Source: Malacoraja senta (Eukaryota). Taken from it: a DNA stretch of 64,000 bases. The stretch is from the NCBI GenBank assembly GCA_038087875.1, contig JAXLNO010000700.1, positions 1 to 64,000 on the forward strand, read 5' to 3'. The translations under genes and the position numbers were made by a program. The notes below the pieces were generated by a model. That model made no database searches. It was given only the letters and a program-made list of their open reading frames with translations, and had not been told where the DNA came from. This document shows, piece by piece, positions 47,911 to 61,460 of the stretch; within the stretch, counting starts at the first letter, position 1; every line of letters begins with the position of its first letter.

Positions 47911-50900
47911 TTTTACTTCGGAGTCACGTGAGTGACTACGTGAAGAACCCCGCCAGTGCGCCTGCGCGTCATTACGTCAGACGCCTTGACGCAAACGGAC
48001 GTGAGGAGCAGAGCTCCTCTAATGGATTTGTAGTTTATTAACTACAAGGTAAGTAAAAACTTTTTTCAGTATTTTCAGGTCCGCTTACTGTGGGTCTGTG
48101 GGGATTTTTTACCACAGACGCCATGGAAAAAACGGGCAGGGGGAAGAGGCGAGCGACTCAGCCGACAGAAAGTCGGGAAAGTCGGGAGTCTGCGGTTAGC
48201 GACCAACCGCCTCTAACCCCGGTACAGTCGCCAGCGGTGAGCATAGCGACTGTGGACCTGGGGCAGTCAGCGCCTGTCGGGCGCAAGGCCAAGTTCAAAT
48301 CGAAACGGGCCACGGAGGAGGAGTCCCAGGAAATGGAAGAAGCTCCAGGGCTAGATACGGCTTTTAAGCGTATTGCCCAAATGGAAAGCCTGCTACATAG
48401 GCTGTTGGAGCGAAGCACACTCAGGTAAGAGTGTACTGAAATCCAAGCTGCTGGAAGCAGCTCAACAGCTCCTGGTACAGGGCTGATAGAATGCACCCTC
48501 AGGGATGAGGAGCGTGCCACGGGTCATGCGATTTCAGACACCGACTCTGACGGTGAGGCTGTACAAGGCGAAGAACGGCAGCTGCCAGATGTTCCACCCC
48601 TGGCAGTACGATTTGCAGCCCCGTCAGGGTCAGGAGAGCCATTAGGAGAAGAATTGGCCTCCCTAATAAATTACTTGGTTTCCCATCAGCTGGAACAGCA
48701 GGAGATGGATGAGAATGCAAGAAAATATGAGTTGAGTATGACTATGAGAACTCAAGAATTGAAATTGCAGAGAATATTAAAGCTGCTGGGTTCTGGAATA
48801 ACTGCTTTTGCCAGAATAGCGGATAAAAGCCAAGAGATGACGGAGTTGCATCAGGAAGCACTGGGGTTGCTATGCAGCACCCACTTCAAGATCAATTGTC
48901 TGAGGAAAGGTGCTATACGGCCTACTATGAATCCGAAATTCGCAGCACTCTGCAAACCAAGTAATGTACAATTACCCAACTTACTCTTTGGAGAGGATCT
49001 CGGGAGACGTATTAAAGAGTTGGAAGATGAAGCAAAAACAGGATTGATGAAAACATCAATGGTTGTAAAGTCTGTAAAGAGGAAGTATCCTTTCAGACGT
49101 CATACGGATCCTGGACCAGGACCAAGTCGCTCATTAACGCAGGGACGTAGCTGGCGGCCTGCAGCGGGAGCAAGAACCAGTGGGGGTGCTTCCGGGAGAA
49201 TCCAGGGATCTCAGAGTACTCAAATGACTCAAGAGGTAGGTGGACCTGGTTCTCATGGGAACATACTAACCGGATTAAGTCCAAAAGTTGGAAGCAGATT
49301 ACGTCTCTTCTATAACAATTGGAAGAAGATTACTTCAGATGTGGTAATTCTGAATAGTATACAAGGATTTCAAATTGAATTCAATCCAAATTATGATTTG
49401 CCTGTCCAGCATGTTCCTAGCAGAACTCTCCACTTTGCACAAAAAGAAGTGATGGAGGTTCAAGCTGCGTTTCAAACCCTATATATAAAAGGTGTTATTG
49501 AAAAATCAGTCTACCAAATTCACCAATTTGTGTCAAATATATTCCCTCGATCAAAAAAGGATGGAGGATGTAGGATTATTCTAGACTTGACAAGTCTGAA
49601 TCCTTTTGTTTAATTTAAACATTTTAAAAGGGAGACATTTGTGACTGCCAAACAACTTATTTCAGAAGCATGTCATATGGCAACTATAGATTTAAAAGAT
49701 ACATATTATTCAGTGTCTGTTTACTCGGAAGATAGGAAGTATCTTAAATTTACATGGATGAACCAGTTATGGCAGTTCAAAGCGTTGCCTAATGGGTTAA
49801 CGTCCGCTCCCAGAATATTCACAAAATTGTTAAAAACCAATTCTGGGGTTGCTGAGAAGCCAGGGGCATGTACTAATGGCATACTTGGATGATGTCCTGA
49901 TTATAGGAAGGACAAAGTCAACAGAAGCATCTGTTGCAGTTGTGAAATCAACTTTTGAAAGTTTGGGGTTTCTAATTCATCCAAAGAAATCAAGGTTAAC
50001 ACCATGTACCTCGATTGATTATTTGGGGTTCACAATTGATTCAGTCCAAATGAAAATTACTTTGCCCAGTGAAAAAAGGGTGGAGTTGATTAAAGATTGC
50101 AGTAATCTGTTAAACGAGCAAAACCCCTCAATCAGACAGGTGGCTTGAGTACTGGGAAAATTAGTAGCAGCATTCCCAGCAGTCCAATACGGACCATTAC
50201 ATTATCAACAGCTGCAGAGAGTTAAAGAACAGGCACTGAGAATGCATGCTGGTCATTTTGATAGAACCATGCAACTAACAACAAATGCTGTTTCTGATCT
50301 GCAGTGGTGGATTCTACATGTCTCAAGCAGTTCCAGCAAAGTGCTGATTGAACAACTTTCCATGATATTACAAACTGATGCCAGTGCACTAGGATGGGGT
50401 GCAACTGACTTAGCATCTAGCTGCGGAGGCAGATGGAATCAGGAAGCGTCATTGTTACTGCAGACATGGGGAGTTAACTATTTGGAGTTTTAGGATGTTT
50501 CTATGGACTCCAAGCTTATTGTTCTAACACAACTAAAAGGCATGTTCAAGTTCAAATTGATAAACACAACAGCAGTTGCCTATATTAATGATATGGGTGG
50601 AATCAAGTCGGGGTCATGTGACAAAATGGCTAATCAACTTTGGTCTGGGTGTATTGAAAAGAACATTTGGATTTCAGCTATCTATCTACCAGGTAGAATG
50701 AACACGATAGCAGACACCAGGTCACGAAAGTTCCATGATAATAAGAATGGATGTTGAATCGAGAGGTATTCAATGATATAGTAATCAGATTTGGAATGCC
50801 TGACATCGACTTGTTTGCATCTAGACTGAATCATCAGCTATCGAGATATGTCTCATGGAAATCAGATCCAGGAGCAGTGGCGATTGATGCTTTCTCGCTA

Positions 50901-52611
50901 CATTGGGGTGGTATGTTTTCATATATATTTCCACTTTTCTGCCTCATAAGCCAATGTTTGCTTAAAATCAGGCAAGATGCTGCTTCAGGGGTATTGGTAG
51001 TACCAGATTGGCCTACACAGCCATGGTATCTGTTGATATTAGAATTAACAACACAAATGTTGATGAAAGTCCCAAAAAGGGGTAATTTATTGCTGCACCC
51101 TGGAACAGGGGAACAACATCCATTATATGATCGTTTGGATTTGTTGATTTGCAGGTTTTAAGAAGGCCTTTTCTGGGGCGAGGACTGTCTGAGCGTACTG
51201 TGGACATGCTTACGGCAGCCTGGAGGAAGAGCACTCAAAAACAGTACCTTATATTAAGAAATGGGAAGAGTTCTGTGTACAAAAGAATCTGCAATATAGT
51301 ACTGCAGATATTTCAAATGTTTAGAATTTCTGTCAAAACTTTATTATGATGAAGGTCTGAGTTGTAGTGCAATTAATTCAGCCAGAAGTGCATTGTCCTC
51401 ATATTTGGTTCTGGGTTCAGAAAGAAACCCAATTGGGTCACACCCAATTGTTTCCAGACTAATGAAAGGAATCTTTAATTCCAAACCACCGAAACCTAGG
51501 TACATGACAATCTGGGATGTAAGTGTGGTACTGAAACTACTTCGTGAATGGTCACCAAGTGTGTCTTTACCTTTGGCCAAGCTCAGTATGAAAGTATTCA
51601 TGCTTATGGCATGAGTGACAGCACAACGAGTGCAAACACTTGGAAAATTACAAATAGACAGTATGGAAGTAACTGAAGACAAGGTTACATTCTATATCTA
51701 TGACCTACTAAAGCAAATTAGGCCAGGTGACAGGATTTAAAATTATGCTAGCAGCATATCCAAATGATCCTTATCTCTGTTAAGACATATTTGTTACAAT
51801 ACATTAAGGTCACAAAGAATTTGAGAAATACGGAAACTGGGTTGTTGATCACACACAAGAAACCACACAATACAGACTATTTCCAGATGGATAAAAGAAG
51901 TCTTAACAGCTGCTGGTATTAACACTTATGTTTTTACGTCTCACTCGACTAGGGCAGCAGAAACGTCGGCGGCCAGGGCAAAAGACGTCGACCATATCCT
52001 CACAGCCGCCGGGTGGTCCAATGAGTTGATGTTTCAACATTTTTACCATCAGCCTGTTGTTAATGCGGGATTGTTTGCAGAAACTATTTTAAGTTCTGTG
52101 TAAATTCCTCTGATTTAAAGGGGATCTGAATAATTTCATTATTGAAATGAATTACTGCATTTGTGGTACAAATGTTATTATGAATGCATGATTGATCATT
52201 CTCGTTCCGAGTCAATCAATGCAGTGAGAAGCCGGGATTGATCTACGGCATGAAATCACAAAGCTTTAAAATCTTCACGTAGTCACTCACGTGACTCCGA
52301 AGTAAAATAGTAAGATTAAACGAGAACTTACCAGTTTGAAGTTTGATCTTTATTTTATGAGGAGTTACGTAGGTGATTGTGTGCCAACCACAACCCTACC
52401 CTCTATCATAAAGGTCAGATGGAAGTTCTTGTATTACTCGTTTTATTATGAGACTATATTACTTCGGTTGTTGTTTTTTGTGATTTCACAGCGCTGCTTT
52501 GAAGATTGACGCGCAGGCGCACTGGCGGGGTTCTTCACGTAATCACCTACGTAACTCCTCATAAAATAAAGATCAAACTTCAAACTGGTAAGTTCTCATT
52601 TAATCTTACTA
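47911..52611 (+). mobile_element. DIRS1-type retrotransposon, full length, decayed
   Basis: Same termini as 24686-29570; ICR ~52272-52380. Gag (48122-49230), RT (KKDGGCRIILDL, YLDD), RNase H (TDASALGWGA), MT-like (DLFASRLN) and YR (HSTRAA). Confidence 0.96.
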
Positions 52612-53305
52612 TTTATCCACATTATACTGCATCTGCCATGCATTTGCCCACTCACCCAGCCTATCCAAGTCACCTTGCAGCCTCCTAGCATCCTCCTCAC
52701 AGCTAACACTGCCCCCCAGCCAACACTGTCATCCGCAAACTTGGAGATGTTGCTTTCAATTCCCTCGTCCAGATCATTAATATATATTGTAAATAGCTGG
52801 GGTCCCAGCACTGAGCCTTGCGGTACCCCACTAGTCACTGCCTGCCATTCTGAAAAGGACCCGTTTACTCCTACTCTTTGCTTCCTGTTTGCCAGCCAGT
52901 TCTCTATCCACATCAATACTGAACCCCCAATACCGTGTGCTTTAAGTTTGTATACTAATCTCTTATGTGGGACCTTGTCAAAAGCCTTCTGAAAGTCCAG
53001 ATATAACACATCCACTGGTTCTCCCTTATCCACTCTACTAGTTACATCCTCGAAAAATTCTATAAGATTCGTCAGACATGATTTACCTTTCGTAAATCCA
53101 TGCTGAAATTGTCCAATGATTTCACCACTTTCCAAATGTGCTGCTATCCCATCTTTAATAACTGACTCTAGCAGTTTCACCACTACCGATGTTAGACTAA
53201 CTGGTCTGTAATTCCCCGTTTTCTCTCTCCCTCCCTTTTTAAAAAGTGGGGTTACATTAGCTATCCTCCAATCCTCAGGAACTACTCCAGAATCTAAGTA
53301 GTTTT

Positions 53306-53802
53306 AGAAACATAGGAAAATAGGTGCAGGAGTAGGCCATTCGGCCCTTCGAGCCTGCACCGCCATTCAATATGATCATGGCTGATCATCCAACTCAGTA
53401 TCCTGTACCTGCTTTCTCTCCATACCCCCTGATCCCTTTAACCACAAGGGCCACATCTCTTAAATATAGCCAATGAACTGGCCTCAACTACATTCTGTGG
53501 CAGAGAATTCCAGAGATTCACCACTCTCTGTGTAAATTTTTTTTTCTCATCTCAGTCCTAAAAGATTTCCCCTTTATCCGTAAACTGTGACCCCTTGTTC
53601 TGGACTTCCCCAATATCGGGAACAATCTTCCTGCATCTAGCCTGTCCAACCCCTTAAGAATTTTGTAAGTTTCTATAAGATCCCCCCTCAATCTTCTAAA
53701 TTCTAGCGAGTACAAGCCGAGTCTATCCAGTCTTATTTCATATGAAAGTCTTGACATCCCAGGAATCATCTGGTGAACCTTCTCTGTACTCCCTCTATGG
53801 CA
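53306..53802 (-). mobile_element. Short CR1 3' fragment inserted into the longer CR1
   Basis: Near-identical to 47116-47620; splits gttttgaaaaattatc with a tttt duplication. Confidence 0.88.
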
Positions 53803-55629
53803 TTTTGAAAAATTATCACTAATGCATCCACTATTTCTGGGGCTACTTCCTTAAGTACTCTGGGATGCAGCCTATCTGGCCCTGGGGATTTATCGGCCTT
53901 TAATCCATTCAATTTACCTAACACTACTTCCCGGCTAACCTGGATTTCACTCAGTTCCTCCATCTCATTTGACCCGCGGTCCCCTGCTATTTCCGGCAGA
54001 TTATTTATGTCTTCCTTAGTGAAGACAGAACCAAAGTAGTTATTCAATTGGTCTGCCATGTCCTTGTTCCCCATGATCAATTCACCTGTTTCTGACTGCA
54101 AGGGACCTACATTTGTTTTAACTAATCCCTTTCTCTTTACATATCTATAAAAACGTTTGCAGTCAGTTTTTATGTTCCCTGCCAGTTTTCTTTCATAATC
54201 TATTTTCCCTTTCCTAATTAAGCCCTTTGTCCTCCTCTGCTGGACTCTGAATTTCTCCCAGTCCTCTGGTAGGCTGCTTTTTCTGGCTAATTTGTACGCT
54301 TCATCTTTTGTTTTGATACTATCCCTGATTTCCCTTGTTATCCACGGATGCACAGTTTCAACGCGAGTTGACTTAAAACGTGCTATATAAATAAAACGTA
54401 CTTACTTATTTACTTTTGGCTTTTTTTGGCTTTTTCCCCTGGCTTTTTTTTTGCTTTTTTTCCCTTTTGGCTTTTTCTTGGCAATAATTTGCAGTGCTAA
54501 GAGAAAATATCTAGGGAAAAGGATGTGGAATTGTTCTGCCAGAGCCAGTACAAACACAATAGGCCAAATGGCCTCTTTCTCTCCAGCTACATTTCTTTGA
54601 TTCTATATGTGTCCTTCATTTCCCTTTTAACCACCTCTTTCCCCTCCCCCTCCCACAGGGTGGCATGGTGGCGCAGTGGTTGAGTTGTTGCCTTGCAGCG
54701 CCGAAGTCCTGGGTTAGATCCCGACTCCGGGTGTTGTCTGTACGGAGTTTGTGACCGCGTGGGTTTTCTCTGAGATCTTTGTTTTTGGGATGTGGAAGGA
54801 AACTGGAGGAGGCCTACACGGTCACAAGGAGAACGTGCAAACTCCACACAGACAGCACACAAGGTCTTGATCAAACCTGGATCTTGTGCGCTGGTGAGAT
54901 AGCAGCTCTACCAGCTGAGCCACTGTGCCTCCCAATGATCTTAGCAACCCAGTAACCTGACCCAACTCTACCCAGCCTCAACTCCACGTAAACCTCCTAT
55001 CATTTTATTGGATCAGTCAAACACACTCTTAATTACCCTCCCATCTGCTACGGTATGGAAGAGCCACATCGATGATCCGTCTTCAATTGCCTTTGAAGTT
55101 TCTGCCTGTGATAAGCTGCCGATTATGAAAAGTGCCCCTATTGTTCCCGCAGCTTCTATCCTACCCTATGTATTGTGATCAAGGGATTACTTACTACTAA
55201 TGGGAGAGGATGTATATGCAATAGTACTATTAGCTCTGCTTCCATGGCTACTCATAGGTATTTCTGATGTAAACACTTCACCTTGTTCAGTTAGCACAAT
55301 TATAATCGCATTGATTTTCTTGATTGAGTAAATGGAATGAGAATGGATGTGGGAGGAGAGGTAAGTCTAAATATAAGAATATTAACAGAAGTAACATTTA
55401 ACTTCTCAAACTTTGTGCAAGACCATGTCTATGTCTTGGGTTCACCTTTCATCCAACGCCTGCCATTTCCCGCCAACAAAATAAACTATATGCAGAAGAA
55501 AAAATATATGCAAAACCAAAGACTGCAAAAACTCATCAGTGCCTATACATTGGATGGTGTCATAGAAACATAGAAAATAGGTGCAGGAGTAGGCCATTCG
55601 GCCCTTCGAGTCAGCACCACCATTCATAC

Positions 55630-56510
55630 TTTGTAGTGTTCACACCTATCTTTAAACAAAATACCCTTGTGGCCTCCGTGAGGGGACATCCCTGCCCTTG
55701 TTTGAGCAGGGCTTCCACTAGACTCTGCCCCTCAATGTTCAGCAGCAGAAGGACCTTTGCTTCTGGACTGTCTAGCATCATTCTTTTCCGCAAAATAAGC
55801 ATTATTCAGAATAATAAAAAAATATACGCAAAACAAGAACAGTGCAAAAACTCTTCTGATATTCTCAGTGTTTATACATTTATTAGTGTACTTTGGTAGT
55901 GTTCACAAATTTGCTGAATGTTCTGCAAGAGTGCATATTACGGCGACAATTCTCTCCATGACATGCCGCCAATACTCCATTGACTTTTGTTGAATAAAAA
56001 AGAGCCTTGGTACAAAACCTAGACTGATTTTTATACACTCGCTTGGAATTTGAAAATGGTCCACAACGATGCTGAACTTGAAAGGGGCCGCTTTTTACCC
56101 AATAGGATATGTCCTAATGTGATAATTCTGTCCACAAACCAATGTCTGTTGCAGTACATCTATATTTGGCATCATCAATCAGTTCTATATTTTCATTTTG
56201 AGCCAGCATCATGGCTGCTTCCACATATTCAGCTTGCTGTTCCACGTCCTGCTTCGCTGTTTCTGTTTCAGGGAGGTTTTCTTCTGGTTGAATGCTAGTA
56301 GATGGCTGGATAGCTCCACCAGACTGATTTTCTTGTGTTAGTAGCAATGTATCTGCTTCACCGCTGGCGCTTGTTGCCTCTGTCAGTGGCTGACCCAAGA
56401 AAGCAGTGATTGGTCTTAACTTCTTTACCGTATCATTTTCAAGTCTCTTTCGCTTGCACTTGCTAGCACCACTTTCAAATCTTTTACTCATGCTCAGATT
56501 AGAATCTGAA
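55630..56510 (-). mobile_element. hAT (ZMYM1-like) transposase 5' fragment
   Basis: MSKRFESGASKCKRKR...ITAF, TDIGLW, GPFQ and a degenerate Cys motif (CSCFA..CLFC) resemble TTF-zinc-finger hAT N-termini. Confidence 0.55.
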
Positions 56511-56910
56511 AATAAAAAGAAAAATTAATCTTCAACAATTATTAGAAAGGAAAACATGAAGGGGCGTTCTCACAAAATGCACTCCAATTGAGTGAAGAAA
56601 AAAATAATCTGTATAATAGTTGGGAAATATTTCTTAAAGAATTGTTCCTTATTGACAATTATATTGTGAAACCTGAATCAAATCTGAATCAAATCTGCTT
56701 GAAAAAGGCTAACATAACTAAACAAACAGGTTCACTTCTTAATAAACAGACAACTCACAAAGTGGTTTGGTAGACCAATTCAAAACGTTACTAATTATCG
56801 GTCAATGGAAGTGGCAAGGAAAACAAACCCCAGGCAAGTGAGCAACACAGACACTTGGCTGTCCTCTCTCCACTTCCCTGAACACAGAATTACATGGTAA
56901 TATATATTGT

Positions 56911-57620
56911 TGAGGCGCTTGATGTCCCGCCGGCAGTTTAAAATAAAAAGGTCTAAAGCCGGAAGATGGCCATGAGGGGGGTCCAAGAGGAGGGGGTCTG
57001 TTGGAGACGGGAAAAAGGATCATCAATGGGGGCAAGGACTCCTTCCCATGGAAGAACGCTGTGAGGCGGAGGCGACGGAAGAGCTCCAAATTGCGGCGGG
57101 CGCGGAACTCATTGAGGTGGGGACGGAGGGGGACAAAGGTGAGGCCTCTGCCGAGGACAGACCATTCGGTATCTGAGGGGGAGGTCTGGGAGGATGGTGA
57201 ACACACGGCAGGGATGGGGGTTGGGGCCGGAGGAAGGCAGGTGAGTGGACTGAGGCCGAGGCGATGTCTGGTGGGGGGTGGTGGTGGGTGGTCAGGGGGT
57301 ATGAGGACTGTAGTGTGGGTGGGGAAGAGATGGGGTCACATGGTTTGAGGGGGACGGGGAAGACCCAGTGGAACAGCCACTGGTGTTACCAGGGGTGGGG
57401 TGACTGGCACTAGGACCCAGCGCAGTCAAACCCAGGGGAGTTGGAGTCTGCAGCTTGGAAACTCCAGTCCCGGTGCTGAGCCCAGGATGCAGGTAAGGCG
57501 ACGGCTGCAGTGTGCTGGAGAGCGGTGGAGTGGTGAGGGTCGGTGGAATCGATGGTGGAAGTTCGTGTGGGCGCCTCACCGCAGAGTCTTCGAGGAAGAT
57601 TGTCCTTTGAAAACCACTGG
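56911..57620 (-). mobile_element. Penelope-like element, pre-RT region fragment
   Basis: SDTEWSVLGRGLTFVPLRPHLNEFRARRNLELFRRLRLTAFF and LDLFILNCRRDI match the LSKGLxFxP...FxRxLRL pattern that precedes PLE RTs. Confidence 0.7.
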
Positions 57621-60094
57621 TGTTCCACCCTGCTGCCTTATTAAGACTCAAAAGGAGAGTCCTTCCCACAACGGATTTCTGAAGTTCCATGTGTTTACTC
57701 ATACACGGGATGTGGGCATCCTTGGCCAGGCCAGCATTTATTGAACATCTCCAATTGCCCATGAAGTGGAGAAGGGAGTCATGAATGGTTGTAGTCTTTA
57801 TGGTGAAGGTGTCCCCACATTGCATGATATAACTGAGTGGCCTTTTGTAAAACAAAATAAAAGCAAGAAATTGCCTGAAATACTCAGCAGGTCAGGCAGG
57901 ATCTATGGATAGAGAAACAGAGTCAACGTCTCAGGTCAGAGATCCAGATTCAGGGACAGTTTCTTCCCAGCTGTTATCAGGAAACTGAACTGCCTTTCAC
58001 CAAATACATAGCAGTCCTGACCCACCCCCCCCCCCCCCCGCATTCCCTCTCCCCCTCTATCCCAACCTAGTCGTCCTACTCGTTTCACTGTTCGTATCCC
58101 TTCGTTATCACTTCCCCAGCCAACAATACAACAATGGACCATTATGGGCTCCACCCTTCCTTGGTCATCTGTTGCCAGCCCTGATTTGTTCTGGCCTTTC
58201 CTTACCCCCAGTTCCTTCCCCTTTATTTTCAGACTGAAGAAGGGTTCTGAGCCAAAACATCACCCATACTTTTTCTCCAGAGATGCAGCCTGACCGGCTG
58301 AGTTACTCCAGCACTTTGTGTCTATCTAAACTAAATTAAACTTTGTTAGAATAGAAAAGGAGACAACCGAATCTTGTTAAGCTGCAGGGAGGGTTGGGGG
58401 GAGGGGGGAGGGCTGCCTCTGAGAGGAGAAATCTATGGGTACCATGAGGGTAACTCAGCGAGTCAGACACCATCTGGGGGCCAATGGACAGGCGATGTTT
58501 CGGGTCAGGACCCTTCTTCAATCTGATCACGAGGAAAAGCTGTAAATAAGGTTAGAGACATGGGAAAGTGCAGATGTTGAGTAAAAATCTAAGTGCTGGA
58601 GGAACTCAGCAGGTCAGGGTCGGGACCCTTCTGTCTGATGGACCACTGACCCACTGAGTTCTTCCAACAGTTTTTTGTTTACTGTTAAACAAAGTCAATG
58701 AGTCAATGGGAGCAATGGGAGGGGGAGAATGTAGACAAGAATGAGGGAGGTGCAAAACGCAGAGCAGAAGAACAAGCCCAGCAGGTCAGGCTGGGCATGT
58801 CCTCCACACCAAAAAAGAAACAAACCGAGCCTAGATGGGTGGTGTCCCAGGAAGAAAGGTTCCGACCTGAACTGTCACCCATCTTTTCCTCTAGAGATGC
58901 TGCCTGATCCGCTGAGTTACTCCAGCACTTTGTGTCTAACTTGAGAGGGAGTATCCAGGTTAACAGAGGGACAATGCAGAGGGAGTGCCAAGAGCTGACA
59001 TCAGTGCTTTGGGAGTGTCAGGGCTGATATTAGAACAGAGCTGAAGGAACACCAAGATCAAAATGGGTCAGCACAATGGGGAGCAATGGGGGACAGTACG
59101 GGGGGCTGGAATAACATCAGGAGAGTGTGGGGTTTTCCAGAGCCAACGCTAACATAGTGCTGAAGAGAGCACGATGTCAGTCTTTGAGGAGTGTCTGGGG
59201 CCGATAGTGGGTCAGCACTGAGGGAACACCTAGGCCAACTCAAGACATATTCCAGGGAGGTGCCCAGGCCAATATCAAGGCATCACTGAGTTTAGCTTAG
59301 CTTAGCGATACAGCATGGAAACAGGCCCTTCGGCCCACTGATTCCGAACCAACCAGTGATCCCCGCACACTAAAACTCTCCTACACACACTATGGACAAT
59401 TTACAATTTTACCGAAGCCAATTAACCTACAAACCTGTATGCTTTGGTGTGTGGGAGGAAACTGGAGCACCCGGGGAAAACTCACACGGTCACAGGGAGA
59501 TCATACAAACTCCATACAGACAGCACCCGTAGTCAGGATCGAACCTGGTTTTCTAGCGCTGGAAGGCTGCAACTCTACCACTGCACCACCGTTAGTTTAG
59601 TTTATTATTGTCACGTACCGAGGTACAGTGAAAAGCTTTTTTGTTGCGTGCTATCCAGTCAAAGAAAAGACTATACACAATTTCATTCAGGCCACTACAA
59701 TCACCACTACAAGATTTTTAAATTTCCGAATGTCTTCCATAGGAGCCAGGAGGAGGAGCAGACTGTAACTCCAGGCTACGTAGAACATGGGTTTCCTTTC
59801 ATCCCAGGGAATGACCTTGGGGCTCCGATTTGGGAGGCCAACAGGTTTAGGTAGCTCCCATGCCTTAAGTAAATGTAGCTGAAGACCAGTTTAGGTCGGC
59901 TCAGTGCCATGTACTTGGTTGGACTCAAAAATCGAGATCTTTCGGATTTTTGCCATTTTGTTCACAACGTGATCAGATTTTCGCTGAATGGGTTCACAGT
60001 TGTTTTTAGAATGCTATGTAAGTTATATGGCATGTAGAATATTAGAACTATAGTATTTGATGGTGTAAAATTGCTTCAAAAGTCCAACAAATAG

Positions 60095-61140
60095 TGGTGT
60101 GCCTCAGGGTTCGATGCTGGGCCCATCACTGTTTGTCATCAATGATTTGGATGAGAATGCACATAGCAAGATTAGTAAGTTTGCAGAAGATACAAAAGTA
60201 GGTGGTATTGCAGATAGTGAAGATGGTTGTCAAAAGTTGCAGCAGGTTCTTGATCGGTTGGCCAGATGGGCTGAGGAATGGTTGATTGAATATAATGCAG
60301 CGAAAAGTGAGGTGTTGCATTTTGGAAAATTTAACATGGGTAGGACCCACAAAGTGAATGGTAGGGGTCTGGGAAGTGCTGTAGAACAGAGGGATCTAGG
60401 AGTGCAGATGCATAGTTCCTTGAAGGTGGCGTGACAGGTAGATAGGTGGTCAAAAAACTTTTGGCACATTGGCCTTCATCAGTCAGAGTACTGAGTATAG
60501 AAGATGGACACAAAAAGCTGGAGTAATTCAGCGAGTCAGACAGCATCTCTGGAGAAAAGAAATGGGTGACGTTTTGGGTTGAGACCTTTCTTCTGTCTGA
60601 TGTTGGCGAAGCTACATTTAAATTGTGTTTAGTTCCGGGCACTATATTATAGGAAAGATGTTATTAAGTTGGAAAGGGTGCAGAGAAGATTTACAAGGAT
60701 GTTTCCAAGACTTGAGGAACTGAGCTATAGGGAGAAGTTGAGCAGGCTGGGACACAGGAAGATGAGGGGTGATCTTATAAAAGTGTATAAAATTAAGAGG
60801 AATAGTTCGGGTGGACACACAGAGTCTCTTACCCAGAGTGGGGGAATCGAGAACTAGAGGGCATAGGTTTAAGGTGAAGGGGGTAAAGATTTTATAGGAA
60901 GCTGATGGGTAATTTTTCATGTAAAGGGTGGTGGTGCATGGAATGATCTGCCGGAGGAGGTATTTGAGGCAGGGACTATCGCAACATATAAGAAACATTT
61001 AGACAGGTACATGGATAGTACAGGTTTAGAGGGATATGGGCTAAATGCAGGCAAGTGGGACTAGTGTATATGGGAAATGTTGTTTGGAGTGTGCAAGTTT
61101 GGCCGAAGGGCCTGTTTCCACACTGTATGACTATGACTCT
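60095..61140 (+). mobile_element. CR1 LINE 3' fragment with an internal short-repeat insertion
   Basis: VPQGSMLGP, SKFAEDTK, RDLGV, LERVQRRFTRM, MRGDLI; tail ctgtatgactatgactct. Confidence 0.88.
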
Positions 61141-61460
61141 CTGACCCTAAATCCATTTTTGACCATGTGGTAGTTCATCCAACTAATATTGGAAACAGAA
61201 TACCACAGCCCTCCCATTCTTCAACCATTAAATATTTTCTGCAATCCTTCTGCCAGTTTACTTTGGCCAAATGCAAAACAGCTGCAGTTGAAAATCAAAA
61301 AACTGGGTTGTATGTTGGTGAGTACAATTCCTGGCTAGCGCAAAACAAATTATTTATTAAAAGGTTTCATTTAACTTCAATTTTCCCCCCCAAATTAGCC
61401 CTAATACAAATATTTTAGGACATATTAAATGATCGGATTCGATTTCTCCATTTTCACCTA

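Larger units (their letters stand above)
47116..54354 (-). mobile_element. CR1 LINE (5'-truncated), interrupted by a DIRS element and by a second CR1
   Basis: RT motifs [45 protein letters not shown] and RRLRGDLIE; (ttctatg)n-type tail; gtttca TSD. Confidence 0.93.
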
